Part shown: positions 23,557 to 36,379 of the stretch, piece by piece
Numbering within the stretch: the first letter of the stretch is position 1
Layout: every line of letters begins with the position of its first letter
From: Octopus sinensis
Lineage: Eukaryota
DNA: 64,000 nucleotides
NCBI RefSeq assembly: GCF_006345805.1
Contig: NC_043004.1
Coordinates: 40,920,001 to 40,984,000, forward strand
Direction of reading: 5' to 3'
Position numbers and translations under genes: made by a program
Notes under the pieces: generated by a model
Databases searched by the model: none
What the model was told of the DNA's origin: nothing
What the model saw: the letters and a program-made list of their open reading frames with translations, nothing else

Positions 23557-24850
23557 AGCTAATTAGCAGAGGTGGAGGATGTTCTGAAAGTATAGCTGCC
23601 AGCATTAAGAACAGGGTGGAGAGAGTTCAAGGAGCTACTACTTCTGTCTCAGAATGAAAGGCAGACTGTATGATGTCAGTATTTGAACTGCAATGCTTCA
23701 TAGTAGTGAGATGTGCCTGCGAATGCAGAGAACCTGCAAAAACTAGAAAGGAATGAAGCAAACATTATTCACTGAATGTGCAGCGTCAGTGTGTATAAAT
23801 GACAAAAGTACAAATATGTAGAGAGAAAAACTGGGTACAGGAGAAAATTGGGATCTTTTCGGTTTGAACGGCAGTTTTTAACATAATTTCTAGGTAACTA
23901 AAAAGTTTTAAACTTCGTACACTGGTAGAATGTGTTTATAAAACATCTTTTTCTCAGGAGTGGCTGTGTGGTAAGTAGCTTGTTTACCAACCACATGGTT
24001 CCGGGTTCAGTCCCACTGCGTGGAACCTTGGGCAAGTGTCTTCTACTATAGCCTCGGGCCGACCAAAGCCTTGTGAGTGGATTTGGTAGACGGAAACTGA
24101 AAGAAGCCCGTCGTATATATGTATATATATATATATGCGTGTGTGTGTTTGTGTGTCTGTGTTTGTCCCCCTAGCATTGCTTGACAACCGATGCTGGTGT
24201 GTTTATATCCCCGTTACTTAGCGGTTCGGCAAAAGAGACCGATAGAATAAGCACTGGACTTACAAAAGAATAAGTCCCGGGGTCGAGTTGCTCGATTAAA
24301 GGCGGTGCTCCAGCATGGCCGCAGTCAAATGACTGAAACAAGTAAAAGAGTAAAGAGAGAGTAGTTTGTAAGATATTTGTTGTTTTTTTCTTCAATTTCT
24401 GCAATTTCAACCAATCACTAACGTCTTTTGAGGTAAAAAACATTCTGTGTCATATGAATATGTCCCTCGTTTAAGAAACAGATTGGGTTTATTTACATTT
24501 GTGAAGAAAAAGATACCCTTCCCCCCTACCCCTAACCCTAAAATAGATTGAAATGCAATAGATCGATACTAGGGTTATAATTATGGGTGACAATTTCATA
24601 TGACACCGCTAGAAAAAACTGCCGTTCAAACCGAAAAGATCCGAAAATTGTTATAATGTGCAAGAGAGAAAACTGAATTGGTTTGAACATGCAACATATA
24701 AAGATGAAGATAACTGTACAAAAAAAGACCAATCACTTACAATAAACAGAAGTTGTAGAAAAGGGAGATCTAGGAAGATGTGAGATGAGGTGATGCCAGC
24801 TGATCTCAGGATTTTGAGCCTCAGAGGAAATGACAAAGGACCAACATGAT
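23557..24850 (+). pseudogene. Decayed RTE LINE fragment split by MITE copy 7
   Basis: GGCSESIAA..GRLY..LERNEA-like sequence before 23851, and RKLNWFEH..GRSRK-like sequence after 24642. Confidence 0.65.
23851..24642. mobile_element. GGATC MITE copy 7 carrying a nested CORE-like SINE (23957-24360, +)
   Basis: 8-bp TSD GAAAATTG. MITE sequence breaks at TTTTTCTC and resumes at AGTTTGTAAG. Confidence 0.9.
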
Positions 24851-25015
24851 AGGAGATATGCAGTGTGTCCCTCCCACATAGGCAATCGTCCACCCCTACT
24901 CTTATTTTATTCATCTTCCACTCTCCCCCATACTCTTGCTACCTGTAACTTACCTTTCATCTGCCTATCACATGTCGCTCCTTCACTTTCCAATCAACTG
25001 TATTGTTCTGCTGCT

Positions 25016-25244
25016 TTTACCCTTTAGCATTTAAACTGGCCATATCTGGCCAAAAGTATTCCGCCTGTTTTATGGTCAAACTGGCCAGATCTGGTCTCTC
25101 ACACCAACCCTACAATATCGTTTTAAAAATTAACAGCTACCTCATCAAAATCTCATAGCTACAAGATAATGCATGATTAATTCAAAACAATGTGGATAAA
25201 AAAGGATTAATTTTGGCAGAATAATGCGAATACTAAAGGGTTAA
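25016..25244. mobile_element. piggyBac-type MITE, family B
   Basis: CCCTTTAGCA...CTAAAGGG-TTAA. Homologs at 47345-47880 (SINE-split), 48771-48994 and 50444-50671. Confidence 0.8.
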
Positions 25245-25787
25245 GTAAAGAAATTAGAACTTGTTTACTACAAACTTCACATCATCATTTGTAAACTGCC
25301 AGTCACCACCTCCTCTCCTCTGAGTTACTCCCAACTGACACACATTTATTGGCCTCCCACTCATATTTATTATTGCTCACCAACATCCCTGTTCACCTTC
25401 CATTACATATATACACATATACAAATACATGTATTCATTGCACACACAAATACACATAGATATCTATAAATACATTTATGTGTGTGTGTATGTGTGTGTG
25501 TGCATGCGTGTGTGTGTGTGTGTGTGTGTGTACACACAAATAATCAGACAAAATAACTAGCAGTAGTTTATATACACACAGACATATTTATTAAAATTTC
25601 AGACATATGGTGTTGATTTTCTTTTGCAACAAGAATCTGAATATTCCAAGCATGTAGAGTTCATTAATTTTATTCACTAGAAACTTGAAGAATTTCATAC
25701 CATCTGACAAACATCCACAGCATGAAAATCAAAGAAATAGTAGGAATAAAAGAACTTCTGAATACATATACATACACACACACACAC

Positions 25788-25835
<48 letters not shown>

Positions 25836-26319
25836 TGTGTGTGTGGTGTGTATAGGTACACTATTCCAAATTTAATTAAACACCATCAAAGCCTATTTTT
25901 GCCTTTGATCACCCCAGGGATGATAAAATAACTATCTGATACATATAGGGGTCAATATAAAGAAATATATACATCTCCCCTAGTAAATTTCCTGTCTTCC
26001 CTTGATTGAGATGATGACTTTTCACTGTTAAAAGATCAGCCAAAATAGCTTGCAGTATTCTATGCAACTCTTTATGTTCTTAGTTCAATTCCTGCCAGGG
26101 TTAACTTAATTTTTTTTTTTATTTCTCTAGAGTCAGTAAAATCAAGTGCCAGTCAATATTTAACTCCTCGGCTTAAAATTGCTGGCTCTGTGCCAAAATC
26201 CAAAACAATTCAGGGATGTTTCCAGAGGTGAATTATTCAAACTATAAAGCATTCCTCTCAACACAAGGCTATGATGCTCCTCCACTAGTCCTGTATTACT
26301 ACTACTACTACTTAGGCAG

Positions 26320-26600
26320 TGAATTGGTGAAATTGTTAGTACACGGGGCAAAATGCTTAGTGGCATTTTGCTTGTTTTGGGGTTCTGAGTTCAAGTTCCA
26401 CTGAGGTCAGCTTTGCCTTTTATACTTTCAGGTAGCGGCTCGGCAAAAGGGACCGATAGAATAAGTACTAGGCTTACAAAGAATAAGTCCTGGGGTCGAT
26501 TTGCTCAACTAAAGGCGGTGCTCCAGCATGGCCAGTCACAAAACTGAAACAAGTAAAAGAGGATAAAATAAGTACCAGTAAAGTGCTGAGGTCAATGAAA
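26320..26600 (+). mobile_element. Meta-like SINE with an inserted 3' tail of the CORE-like SINE (about 26434-26562)
   Basis: The host breaks at CTTTCAGG and resumes at GATAAAATAAGTACC. Confidence 0.7.
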
Positions 26601-27420
26601 TCAACTTCTCCTCCCATTGACCAACTGTTGGACCCGTGCCAAAATTAAAAATTATTATTATTATCATTATTATAAACAGCCAATACTCGGATCTATCAAA
26701 CTGACTGTATCTAGTTTCATATAAATCTTCTGTGATTTTGGCAGGAACATAAATGCTTTGCAGTATTTAAACGTTATTGTGTAACCCCAGATCAACCACG
26801 ATTGAGCAGACCTATAATTAAAGGTGCTTTAAACCTGACCATAATGACTTTCTTTGTTTTGTTTTTTAAAGATTTTAGCATGTAATTTGTGGGAAATTTA
26901 GCTGTTAATTACAGAAGATAAAGTGAACACATTTTTTGTTTAGCCTTGGTCAGCCTTGACTGAACAGACATGACCATCGTATCTTTTTTTTAAGATATTA
27001 GCATATGATTTGAGGAATAATTTGGCTACCATTTCTAGCAACTTAAATGATTACATTGAGGCTTTTGGTGGTAGTTACAACAACAGTGAGCAAGGTCAAT
27101 TCAAACCAAGCACAGCAGCTGTGACATCTAGTTTCATCTCACTATGCTGACCTTTACTTTCCCTCACTCTGGTGCCAATTACATAAGTACCAATAAAAAC
27201 CAAGGTTCATTCAAAGACTATCTGCTCACTTTCCTCTGCTTTGTACTTCATCAAGATCATCATCACCACTATTCAGAGTCCTTATAGCATGGAACAAAAT
27301 ACCTTGCAGTAGTTAGTCACAGATTTTACAGTCTAAGTTCCAATTCTGCCAATGTCAGTCCTCGTCCTTTAGGATTATCAAATACTGGGTTGAATGCAAT
27401 CAACCGTTACCTCCTCCCAG

Positions 27421-27555
27421 ATTAGGAAGGGCATCCAGCCGTAGAAACATTGCCAGATCAGACTGGGCCTGGTGCAGCCTTCTGGCTTCCCAGACCCCAA
27501 TTGAACCGTCCAACCCATGCTAGCATGGAAAATGGACACTAAATGATGATGATGC
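27421..27555 (+). mobile_element. Short RTE-type 3' tail copy with (GAT)n end
   Basis: TTAGGAAGGGCATCCAGCCGTAGAAAC...CCAACCCATGCTAGCATGGAAAA..GATGATGAT. Confidence 0.8.
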
Positions 27556-27604
27556 CAATGAAAGAAAAACTATTAATAAGATTTTGAAAATGTTTACCTT
27601 CTAT

Positions 27605-28190
27605 CTTTTATTTGTTTCAGTCACTGGATTGTGGCCAATGTTGGGTCACCACCTTGAAAGATTTGGTCGAACAAATTGACTCCTGTACTTATATTTTAAG
27701 CCTGGTACTTATTCTATTGGTCTCTTTTGCCAAACCCCTCAGCTACAGGGATGAAAACAAACCAACACCAGTCGCCAAGCAGTGGTGGAAGACAAAAATA
27801 TATAATAGATACATACATGCATGTGTGTGAGTGTGTGTATGGATAGATAGATAAATAGATAGATAGATATAGATAGATAGATAGATAGATAGATATAGAT
27901 ATATAGAGATATATAGATAGATATAGATAGATAGATATAGATAGATAGATAGATAGATATAGATAGATATAGATAGATATAGATAGATAGATAGATAGAT
28001 ATAGAGATAGATATAGATAGATGCATACATACGTGTACACACACACACATACACACAATGGGCTACTTTCAGTTTCCATATACCATATCCACTCACTAGG
28101 TTTTGGTCAGTCACAGGAAATAGTAGAAAACACTTGGCCAAGGTGCCACATAGAACCATGTGGTTGGGAAGCACTCTTCTTACCACGCAA
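27605..28190 (-). mobile_element. Old CORE-like SINE with (GATA)/(GATATA)n expansion at about 27840-28025
   Basis: SINE halves lie on either side of the microsatellite. Confidence 0.75.
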
Positions 28191-28882
28191 AAGAATTTTA
28201 TAAAATATTCTCCCCTTGTTCTTTTTTTTTTTTAAAATATTTAGCATTCTTCTTAATTAAAATTGAAGTTCCACTTTATATTCCTGCAAAAAAACCAGTC
28301 ACTCAGATCTTTGACAACAAAAATCTCTTAAACTCTTACTCCTAAGATTTAAGGATTAATGCCACCAAATGTTTTGAATGATGACTGTTACAACATAAAT
28401 AAATTATTAATTCAAGAGAGATTTTTTTTTTCAAAACACATGCACATATAGTCAATCAGTCTTTCTCTCTCCCGTTCTTTCCTAGATTATTGGTAATTCC
28501 ATTTTTGTATTTTCTTTTTGTTTGGTAATATTGATTTCTTCATTAAAACTTGACATGAGACCTAATTTTGTAGGAGATAGTATAGCCAATTAATTTACTC
28601 ACATCCCATTTGCCAATAATTCACAGGTATCTATTAATCCCAGAGGGATGCAAAAAAAAAAAAACAAAAAAAAAACCATCAACATCGTCATTCAAAGTTT
28701 TCCCTGCTGACATGGGTTAAACAGTTTGACAGAAGTTGGTCAGCTAAAGAGCTGCCTAAACTCCAAGACTGTTTTAGCAATGTTTCAATAGCTGGATGCC
28801 CTCCCTAATGCCAACCACTTTACAGAGTATCAATATTTATGTACCAGCTCCAGGAATGCATTTGATATGTAAATTGGGATAT

Positions 28883-28963
28883 CCAATAACATAACACCAC
28901 TGGCTGCAGTGGTTATATAACCAATAACATAACACCACTGTCTGCAGTGGTTATATAACCAAT
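28883..28963. repeat. 38-bp tandem duplication (2.1 copies, 1 mismatch)
   Basis: CCAATAACATAACACCACTG(G/T)CTGCAGTGGTTATATAA repeated twice. Confidence 0.9.
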
Positions 28964-30231
28964 GTGTTTTGAGGTGAGAATGGATTAGATGGGTGTTGAT
29001 GAAGGGGCAAAAACCCGCGAAATATGGCATGCACATTCATTACCCATTTTTATCTTCCGTCTGACATCTCAATACGAAAAGTAGCAAAAATCAGTGTTGG
29101 CTATAATTTCTATAGAATATCTGTAGAAATGACCATAACAAAACTTTACAGAATGTACTGGGTGCTTTTACATAGCACTGGTGTGGGTGCCTTTTACTCA
29201 ACACCAGCATGGGTGCTTTTTACATGACACCGACATGGGTGATTTTACATGACACCAGCACCCAATAGCCTGAAGAGGGATACCTGTGTAGCTTGACGTA
29301 TCTTCTCAAGTACAGTAAACTGCCAGAAGTGTCGTCCCCTTGTCATCCCCTCTGTGAGGCTCAACATTTGAAGATCCTTTCTCACTACTTCGTCCCACAT
29401 TTTTCTGGGTCAACCCCTGCTCTAGAGAGGTGAGACAAGAGGCCTACTTTGTCATCACTCAACCTGATAGAAATAACAGTTGGAATACCTTGAACCATAG
29501 GTTCGCTTAGTTTGGGTTAACTTGGGGCTAAATAACAACAACTACAGCAAAATTCAAAGACATTGCCAATTCACTGCCTGCTCAAGTCAACAGAGAAACC
29601 TTTACATGGCTGCTTGACTTGCTAAAAATAGCAAACAAAACTCAGTCTCCCATATTCTGCAGTCTTTAATAAAGGGAAGACATTACATAATATAATCCTG
29701 CATAACCATAACCCTTTAGCATTTAAACCTGCCGTATCCAGCCCAAATATTTTATCTGCTTCATGTTCAAACCAGCCTGATATGGCCTCTTACACTAACC
29801 TTACAATGTCATTCTAAATATAATCCACCCCATACTGTAAAATGGTTGGAATTTGGAAGGGCATCCAGCTGTAAAAATCATGCCAAAACTGACCTTCCTT
29901 ATGCAGGTGCCACGTAAAAAACACTCGGCCCACTCTGCAGAGTGGTTGGTGCTAGGAAGGGCAACCAGTCATAAAAAAACCATGCCAAAACAGACACAGA
30001 AGGCTCTAGCAATTTTAGTACACAAGCATTACATTTGACAAAGTAATCTGAATACTAAAAGATTAAAAGACGGAATAGTGATGGCTGCAATACCTTTGAT
30101 TACTAATCTAATCAATCAATGAGAACCAAGGACTAAACAACAACCCCATAGCCACTACGTAACAATATTGTCAACTAGATGTAAATACCAGTGTATAAGA
30201 TGCACTTTTTTTTAATCTTTAAATCATCAGC

Positions 30232-30760
30232 AGCATCATCATCATTTAACGCCCGTTTTCCATGCTAGCATGGGTTGGACAGTTTTGACTGAGGGCTGGC
30301 AACCAGATGACTGCACCAGGCTCCAGTCTTGATCTGGCAGAGTTTCTACAGCTGGATGCTCTTCCTAATGCCAACTATTCCAAGAATGTAGTGGGTGTTT
30401 TTTACGTGCCACCTGCACGGGGGTCAGTCAGGCGGTACTGGCAATGACCTCGCTCGAATCTTTTTACACGTGCCCACCGGCACAGGTGCCAGTGAAACAA
30501 CATTGGTAACGATCACGCTCGAACGGTGCCCTTTTACGTGCCATGGGTACGGAAGCCAGTTGGCTGCTCTGGCAATGATCACGCTCGGAAGAATACCATG
30601 CACCACTCTGTAAAGTGGTTGGCATTAGGTAGGGCATCCAGCTGTAGAAACCAAACCAAAGCAGACAATGGAACTTGGTGCAGTCCCTGGCCTTGCCAGT
30701 TACTGTTAAGCCATCCAACCTATGCCAGCATGGAAAAACTGACATTAGAAAATGATGATA
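30232..30760. mobile_element. Two RTE-type tail copies in inverted arrangement (30232-30590 -, 30600-30760 +)
   Basis: (CAT)n and GGATGCTCTTCC on the left. GGGCATCCAGCTGTAGAAAC..CCATGCCAGCATGGAAAA-like sequence on the right. Confidence 0.75.
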
Positions 30761-32571
30761 CATTTAATGCAACCATATTATGGATAGGATATCAAATACA
30801 CAAGTGTGTGATGAAACATTAAATTTGCTTTTTCTACAAAATATTTTTTCACTACAAAATGGAGTTTGTGTTCTGGGAGCATGTGCCCTTATGCACCAGC
30901 AAATATGGTTAAATGTTTTCATTGGTTACACTCAAATTTTTATAACCTACACATTCCATGAATGCAATATGGAGCCTGACATGCAGGTGTGGTTAAGAAA
31001 TTTTCTGTGCTTACTACATAATGTAATTCAACTATATGGTATCTTAAGCAATCATCTTCAACTGCAGACCCTCAGGTCAGCCCAAATCTAGTGAATTAAA
31101 CTCTAGAGATAGAACTATGCAGAAGGCCACTTGGGTGGTAAACATAATATTAAGCTATTAAGTTTATGATTTTTATTGGAGTCCAACTCAGACTGAAGCG
31201 TTTGGAACAGGTCTGTAGTTTCTTCCTCCTCCCACAACAATTCTCAGTCACTCGATGTTACCCTCCCTCCTTGAACTAAGCCATAAAAAAAAGGGTGCCA
31301 ATACAATTTTGCATTTATGCAGAAATTTCGTTTTTCACCAAATTTCACTTTTTACATTTTCTCTATAACACTAAGCAAGCTTAACACTTTTGATACCAAC
31401 CCACCTGAGACCACTCCTACTTTTACTATACAAGCCTCACTATTTTCTAATTCATGCATAATTCACACATTTACATACACATACAAAGCACAAGTATACA
31501 ATAGTGAGAACTTTAGACACAGCTTATTACAGCTTCCATATCATTTTGTTTTGTGTATCCAAAACTACAACTGTCTAAACAACATCATTTGTGACCTGTC
31601 TTTCTGTTAATTTAGGGACTCCTTTAATTTTTGTTTTACTTAATTGGAACCTCATTCAATATTTAAAAAATCCTTTTATATTTTTATAATTAAATATTAT
31701 TAGGACTTCTATAAAAATTGTTTATATATTTTGTGTATTGGACATATAACCATTTTACTGCATATAAACTTGACTGATCTGAAGCACAATTTTTTTGATG
31801 ACCCCTGAGAAATTACCGTGGGCCCCCCAATTTACTAGATTGCATTTGTGGACCTTCAAAAATCTTATTTGGACCCTGGGGGTTCATACAAACCCCGAAT
31901 GAGAATCCCTAGTTTAGAGTGGTTTTCTACTCATCATCTTATATATTGAACTTGTTTGATATACCATAATTACAACCATTTTAACAAGAAGCAATCAGAC
32001 CTATGGTCAAAGGAGTCTCGTCCTGTTTGCTCTTCAGACATATGTTTATCTACAATTTCATTATTCAATGTATCCTTCCTGGTTCACAACTAGTGTCCAG
32101 ATCACCCACCAAGGGTCCATATTAAGGTTTTTGTGGGTCCACGTACGAAATAGTAAACTGAGGATCCACAATAATGTTTAAGGACTTCTGAAAAAATTTT
32201 GATTTATATGTATGTATTGGTATGTATTGCAAGAAATAGCTAAGTTTCTTTCTCTAACATTTTACTCAGCTCAACCGACACAAAGGAATGTGTGAAAAAC
32301 AAAATAGGAATTTTGAAAGAAGTTTCTATAAAACTAGTTTTTAAACATTGGATGGCTATGGGGGGGGGGCACCAGAATAAAATAGTAATCAAAGGGGGTC
32401 CAAAGATAAAAATGGTTGAGAATCCCTGCTTTAGCATTTAGCAAATATTCTTCCAGTTTTATTTTCAAACCACAATGTCAATCTAAAAATAAACAATCAT
32501 ATCATTAAAATCTCAAAGCTATGAGACAATGCATGAGTAATTCAAAATAACGTGAATATAACTATATAAGC

Positions 32572-32936
32572 ACTAGCATTATGACCCGACATTGCCAGGT
32601 CATAGTGCTAGAGCATGCATATGCAGCTGCGTGCGTGTGCACATACACGCAAGTACTGTCCAAATCTCCAACCACTCACATACAGCTAGCTGGCATTCAA
32701 TTGGCGTATCAAGTTTCAGGCATTTTGATAGGGTTTTTGATAGAAAATTCACAAAAAAGTCACTTCTATTGATTTTTTAATGGCTTTGCAGGGTGACTGG
32801 GGAAATGTAAAGATGTGCACGCCCACCCTTGGACGGTTTTGAATGACCATAGAAAGTGCGAGCCCTCTAACTGAAAAATTGTGGATTTGTATAAAGGACA
32901 CACACGCAGACATTTTGCCATTTATATATATAGAGA
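32572..32936 (+). mobile_element. Non-autonomous Helitron-like element
   Basis: Starts ACTAGCATTATGACCCGACATTGCCAGGTCATAGTGCTAG (terminal hairpin) and ends TTTATATATATAGAG. Confidence 0.6.
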
Positions 32937-32947
32937 AATTATATTTG

Positions 32948-33344
32948 ACTAGCAGTATCGCCCGGCGTTGCTCGGGTTTGTAAGGGAAATAATTATATAA
33001 GCATTTTTAGAGATGTAAAGTATAATAGCCATCTCAATATGGCTAACCACAAAGAGGGAGGGGTGTTACTGTAGCTTTTTACGTTCTGAGATTTAATAAT
33101 AAATTTAAGAGAGTTACTTCCCTTATATATGTCAAAAATGGATTAAAAATGGAAAAAATTGATGGTAAATTTTTTTTTAAATCGTAGACTCATCGTAGAC
33201 GCGCGCTAATACCCAGACGGTCTCGATATGAATCACGACTATAAGATACCCGGTTTTGGTTAAACTGCACCGCAAAATGTGGGAGTAGTTAGGAATCTAA
33301 ATCGTAGGAGACAGACACACAACCTCACTTTTATATATAAAGAT
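32948..33344 (+). mobile_element. Non-autonomous Helitron-like element
   Basis: ACTAGCAGTATCGCCCGGCGTTGCTCGGG ... GACAGACACACAA..TTTTATATATAAAGAT. Same family as 34911-35549. Confidence 0.75.
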
Positions 33345-33437
33345 TTCCTCTATTTACATAATATTGAGGTCTCTTTCTTTCTTTTGTTATCTTACGGTTT
33401 TTACCAATATACATATATATATATAAATATATATATA

Positions 33438-33760
33438 GTTACAGAGATGTACTTGCATAGCAAGTGACTTGGTCTGAGATCGTGTGCTGGAACGAAAACA
33501 GTTGCAGCGTTGAAGGTGTTTATAAGCCATTTAAGAAACACACAAAAACCGTTAGATTCACTTCAACATTTAAATTTAATTTGTCAAAATATTTTCGTCG
33601 CTTTGAGACCGCGACCCGTTAGCACGATATTTTCGTCAGTGAACAGGTCGCGGTCGCAAAGCGACGAAAATATTTTGGCAAATTAAATTTAAATGTTGAA
33701 GTGAATGTAACGGTTTTTGTGTGTTTCTTAAATGGCTTACAAACACCTTCCACGCTGCAA
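33438..33760. mobile_element. Head-to-head pair of a hammerhead-bearing Penelope-like pLTR / retrozyme-like repeat
   Basis: 119-bp inverted arms at 33502-33620 and 33642-33760 (6 mismatches). A further copy lies at 41040-41407. Confidence 0.7.
33632..33682 (+). ncRNA. Minimal type-I hammerhead ribozyme motif, G3:C8 variant
   Basis: TTCGTCA-GTGAACA-G-GTCGC-loop-GCGAC-GAA-AATATT-T-TGGCAAA. Stem I 6/7 paired, stem II 5 bp, palindromic stem III. Confidence 0.7.
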
Positions 33761-34130
33761 TATATATATACACACATATATATATATGTATGTATGTATG
33801 TATGTGTGTGTGTATATGTGTATGCATGTATGTGTGTGTGTGTGCGTGTCTGTGCTTGTGATTGTCGTCCACCACTGCTTGACAACGAATGTTGGTTTGT
33901 TTACATCCCTGTCACCTAGTGGTTTGACAAAGGAAACAGAGAGAATAAGTACAATGCTTACAAAAATAAAACTGGAGTTGATTCATTAAACTACAATTCT
34001 TCAAGGCATTGCCCCAGCATGGCCACAGACCAATGGCTGGAAAAAGCAGAAGAATAAAAGAATACATTCTCTGCTTTGGTCTTATGTTCAAGGCATGAGA
34101 AAGCTTGAGTTTAGATGAGAAGGCCTAACA

Positions 34131-34396
34131 GACCTGGTAGAAATAGCAGCCAAATCTCCCTCAAATCACACCTTACTGTCTTATGTATGTATATATATAT
34201 GAGCCAATGAGGGGGACCTCTACATGGTAGCTAGACCTGGTAGAAATAGCAGCCAAATTTCCCCCAAATCACACCTTACTGTCTTATCTATGTATATATG
34301 TATGTATGAGCCTATGAGGGAGACCCCTACATGGCAGGTAGACATGGTAGAAATAGCAGCCAAATCTCACTCAAATCACACCTTACTGTCTTATCT
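34131..34396. repeat. Three ~105-bp tandem units of a SINE-tail motif (AGAAATAGCAGCCAAATC) with variable microsatellite spacers
   Basis: Unit starts at 34131, 34234 and 34341. Confidence 0.85.
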
Positions 34397-34494
34397 TTCT
34401 GCTACTTGGATATAGGTCTTATATTCGTTGTAAAAAACTTTCCTGTCACACACTCACGCACACGCACACACACACACACACACGCACCCTCACA

Positions 34495-34525
<31 letters not shown>

Positions 34526-34628
34526 TCACGTTAGCTTACAATTTTATTTATATATTTGCGTGTCTATGTGTGGAAAGAGGAAGTGGGAGGCAGAGTGAAA
34601 GAATCACTCACTACAGTAAGTGAATTAC

Positions 34629-34894
34629 TTTCATTTTATTCGTTGCCCACTGTGTGTGTGCGTTTGCGTGTGGTGTAAACCAGACTAAGAAAAGCATTTG
34701 ACACACACACCAGAATGTGAGTTTTCTGTAAATTTTGCTTAATTGGAGTTTAAATTTTAAAAACTGGACCTGGCATGACGCGATGCATTGTACTCTTAAA
34801 AATGCTAGGTAAATTGTAATTGAAGAAATCCTATATTGTAGATTTCTATAACTCCCAAAGGGAGGCAGATAAAATCTGCCTTTTATAATAAGAG
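34629..34894 (+). mobile_element. ~265-bp repeat with a terminal hairpin, copy 1 (probable Helitron-like 3' end)
   Basis: Near-identical to 36804-37069. Ends AGGCAGAT-AAA-ATCTGCCT-TTTATAATAAGAG. Confidence 0.7.
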
Positions 34895-34910
34895 TTATAT
34901 ATATATATAT

Positions 34911-35549
34911 ACTAGCAGTATCGCCCGGCGTTGCTCGGGTTTGTAAGGGAAATAACTATATTAGCATTTTTAGAGAGTTATAGCCCAAAAATAGCAAAAA
35001 ATGCATTAAAAATGGAAAAAATATGATGGTAAATTTTTTTTTAAATCGTTGACTCATCGTAGACATTTTTAGAGAGTTACTTCCCTTATATAATAGCGAA
35101 AAAATGCATTAAAATGGAAAAAAAACGATGGTAAATTTTTTTTTAAATCGTAGACTCATGTAGACGCTTTCTTAGCCATTTCTGTTTTGGTGTCTTCAAG
35201 CCATGAAGTCGTTGTTCTAAAAGAACGCTGGTCTCCTTGACAACGCATTACGACGTTGATTTCCTTACACTCCCTTCCCCACAGGTGCAGGTGTGAGCGT
35301 GGACACCAACTCCGCCGCCATCGACACACGAAAAATTATGCATTAAAATGGAATAAAAAATGATGTTAAATTATTTTTAAAATCGTAGACTCATCGTAGA
35401 CGCGCGCTAATATTCAGACGGGCTCAATATGAATCACGACTATAAGCTACCCGAATTTGGTTAAACTGCACCGCAAAATGTGGGAGTAGTTAGGAATCTA
35501 AATCGAAGGGGACAGACACTCACACAACTACAGTTTTATATATATAGAT
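34911..35549 (+). mobile_element. Non-autonomous Helitron-like element with three internal ~68-bp repeats and a unique insert
   Basis: Same termini as 32948-33344. AAATGCATTAAAA(A)TGGAA...AAATCGT(T/A)GACTCA repeated three times. Confidence 0.75.
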
Positions 35550-35554
35550 ATACA

Positions 35555-36150
35555 TAGCGCGGTAGTGGTGAGATGTGACAGCAAAGAAAAGCATACATTC
35601 ACTCTCTGCATGCAATTAGACTCGGAAAGTTCGTGAGGAACCCATTGACCCAATTTGCTGACTTTTCCGATAGCACACAGGTCTCAATGAATGGTTGAAT
35701 GACCAAATCCAAGCTTCTCTGCTAGTTCCTCAACAGTTACGATGAGATTTTGTTCCACCAGGGTTTTCAGGATGTCCTTGTCGAGTTCTACAGATCTTTC
35801 AGGATGAGGCTCGTCTTCTAGGCTGTAGTTTATGGCTCGGAATTTCTGGAACCACCATTGACACTGCCTTACGCTTATTGTCCAATCCCTATATACTGCA
35901 TTAATATTTCTTGTACTTTCCGTTGCGTTGTTGTCTTTATTGAACTCATAAAGCAAAATATGCCAAATATGCTCCTTTGTTACTTCCAATATAGCTTTGA
36001 AAAAAATAGCTGTTAAAATCGAAATGCACTCTTCAAAACTTGCACTATGAATAAGGACAAGATAAAACTACTACCTGCTTTTATAGCAAGTTAATATAAG
36101 TAGTTTATCCCATTCCCCTCTGACTTTTAGTTCAAGCTGTTGAAAAAACC
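35555..36150 (-). pseudogene. 5' half of a mariner (DD34D, Hsmar1-like) transposon
   Basis: ORF 35684-35989 MEVTKEHIWHILLYEF..NATESTRNINAVY..SVRQCQWWFQKFR..LEDEPH, followed by the LGQWVPHEL motif. TIR remnant AATGCGGTTTT. Confidence 0.85.
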
Positions 36151-36379
36151 GCATTATTATATATATATATACATACATACATACATACATATACACACAC
36201 ACTCTCTCTCTCACACACATGCACACATTTATATTCTGTTATTCTTTTATATGTTTCAGCCTTGAGGTTGTGGCCATGCTGGATCATGTGTGTGTGTGTG
36301 TGTCTATCTGTCTGTCTGTCTGTATGTATATATGTATATGTGTGAACAATAATATTTTCAACAGATGTGTTGCAAATGT

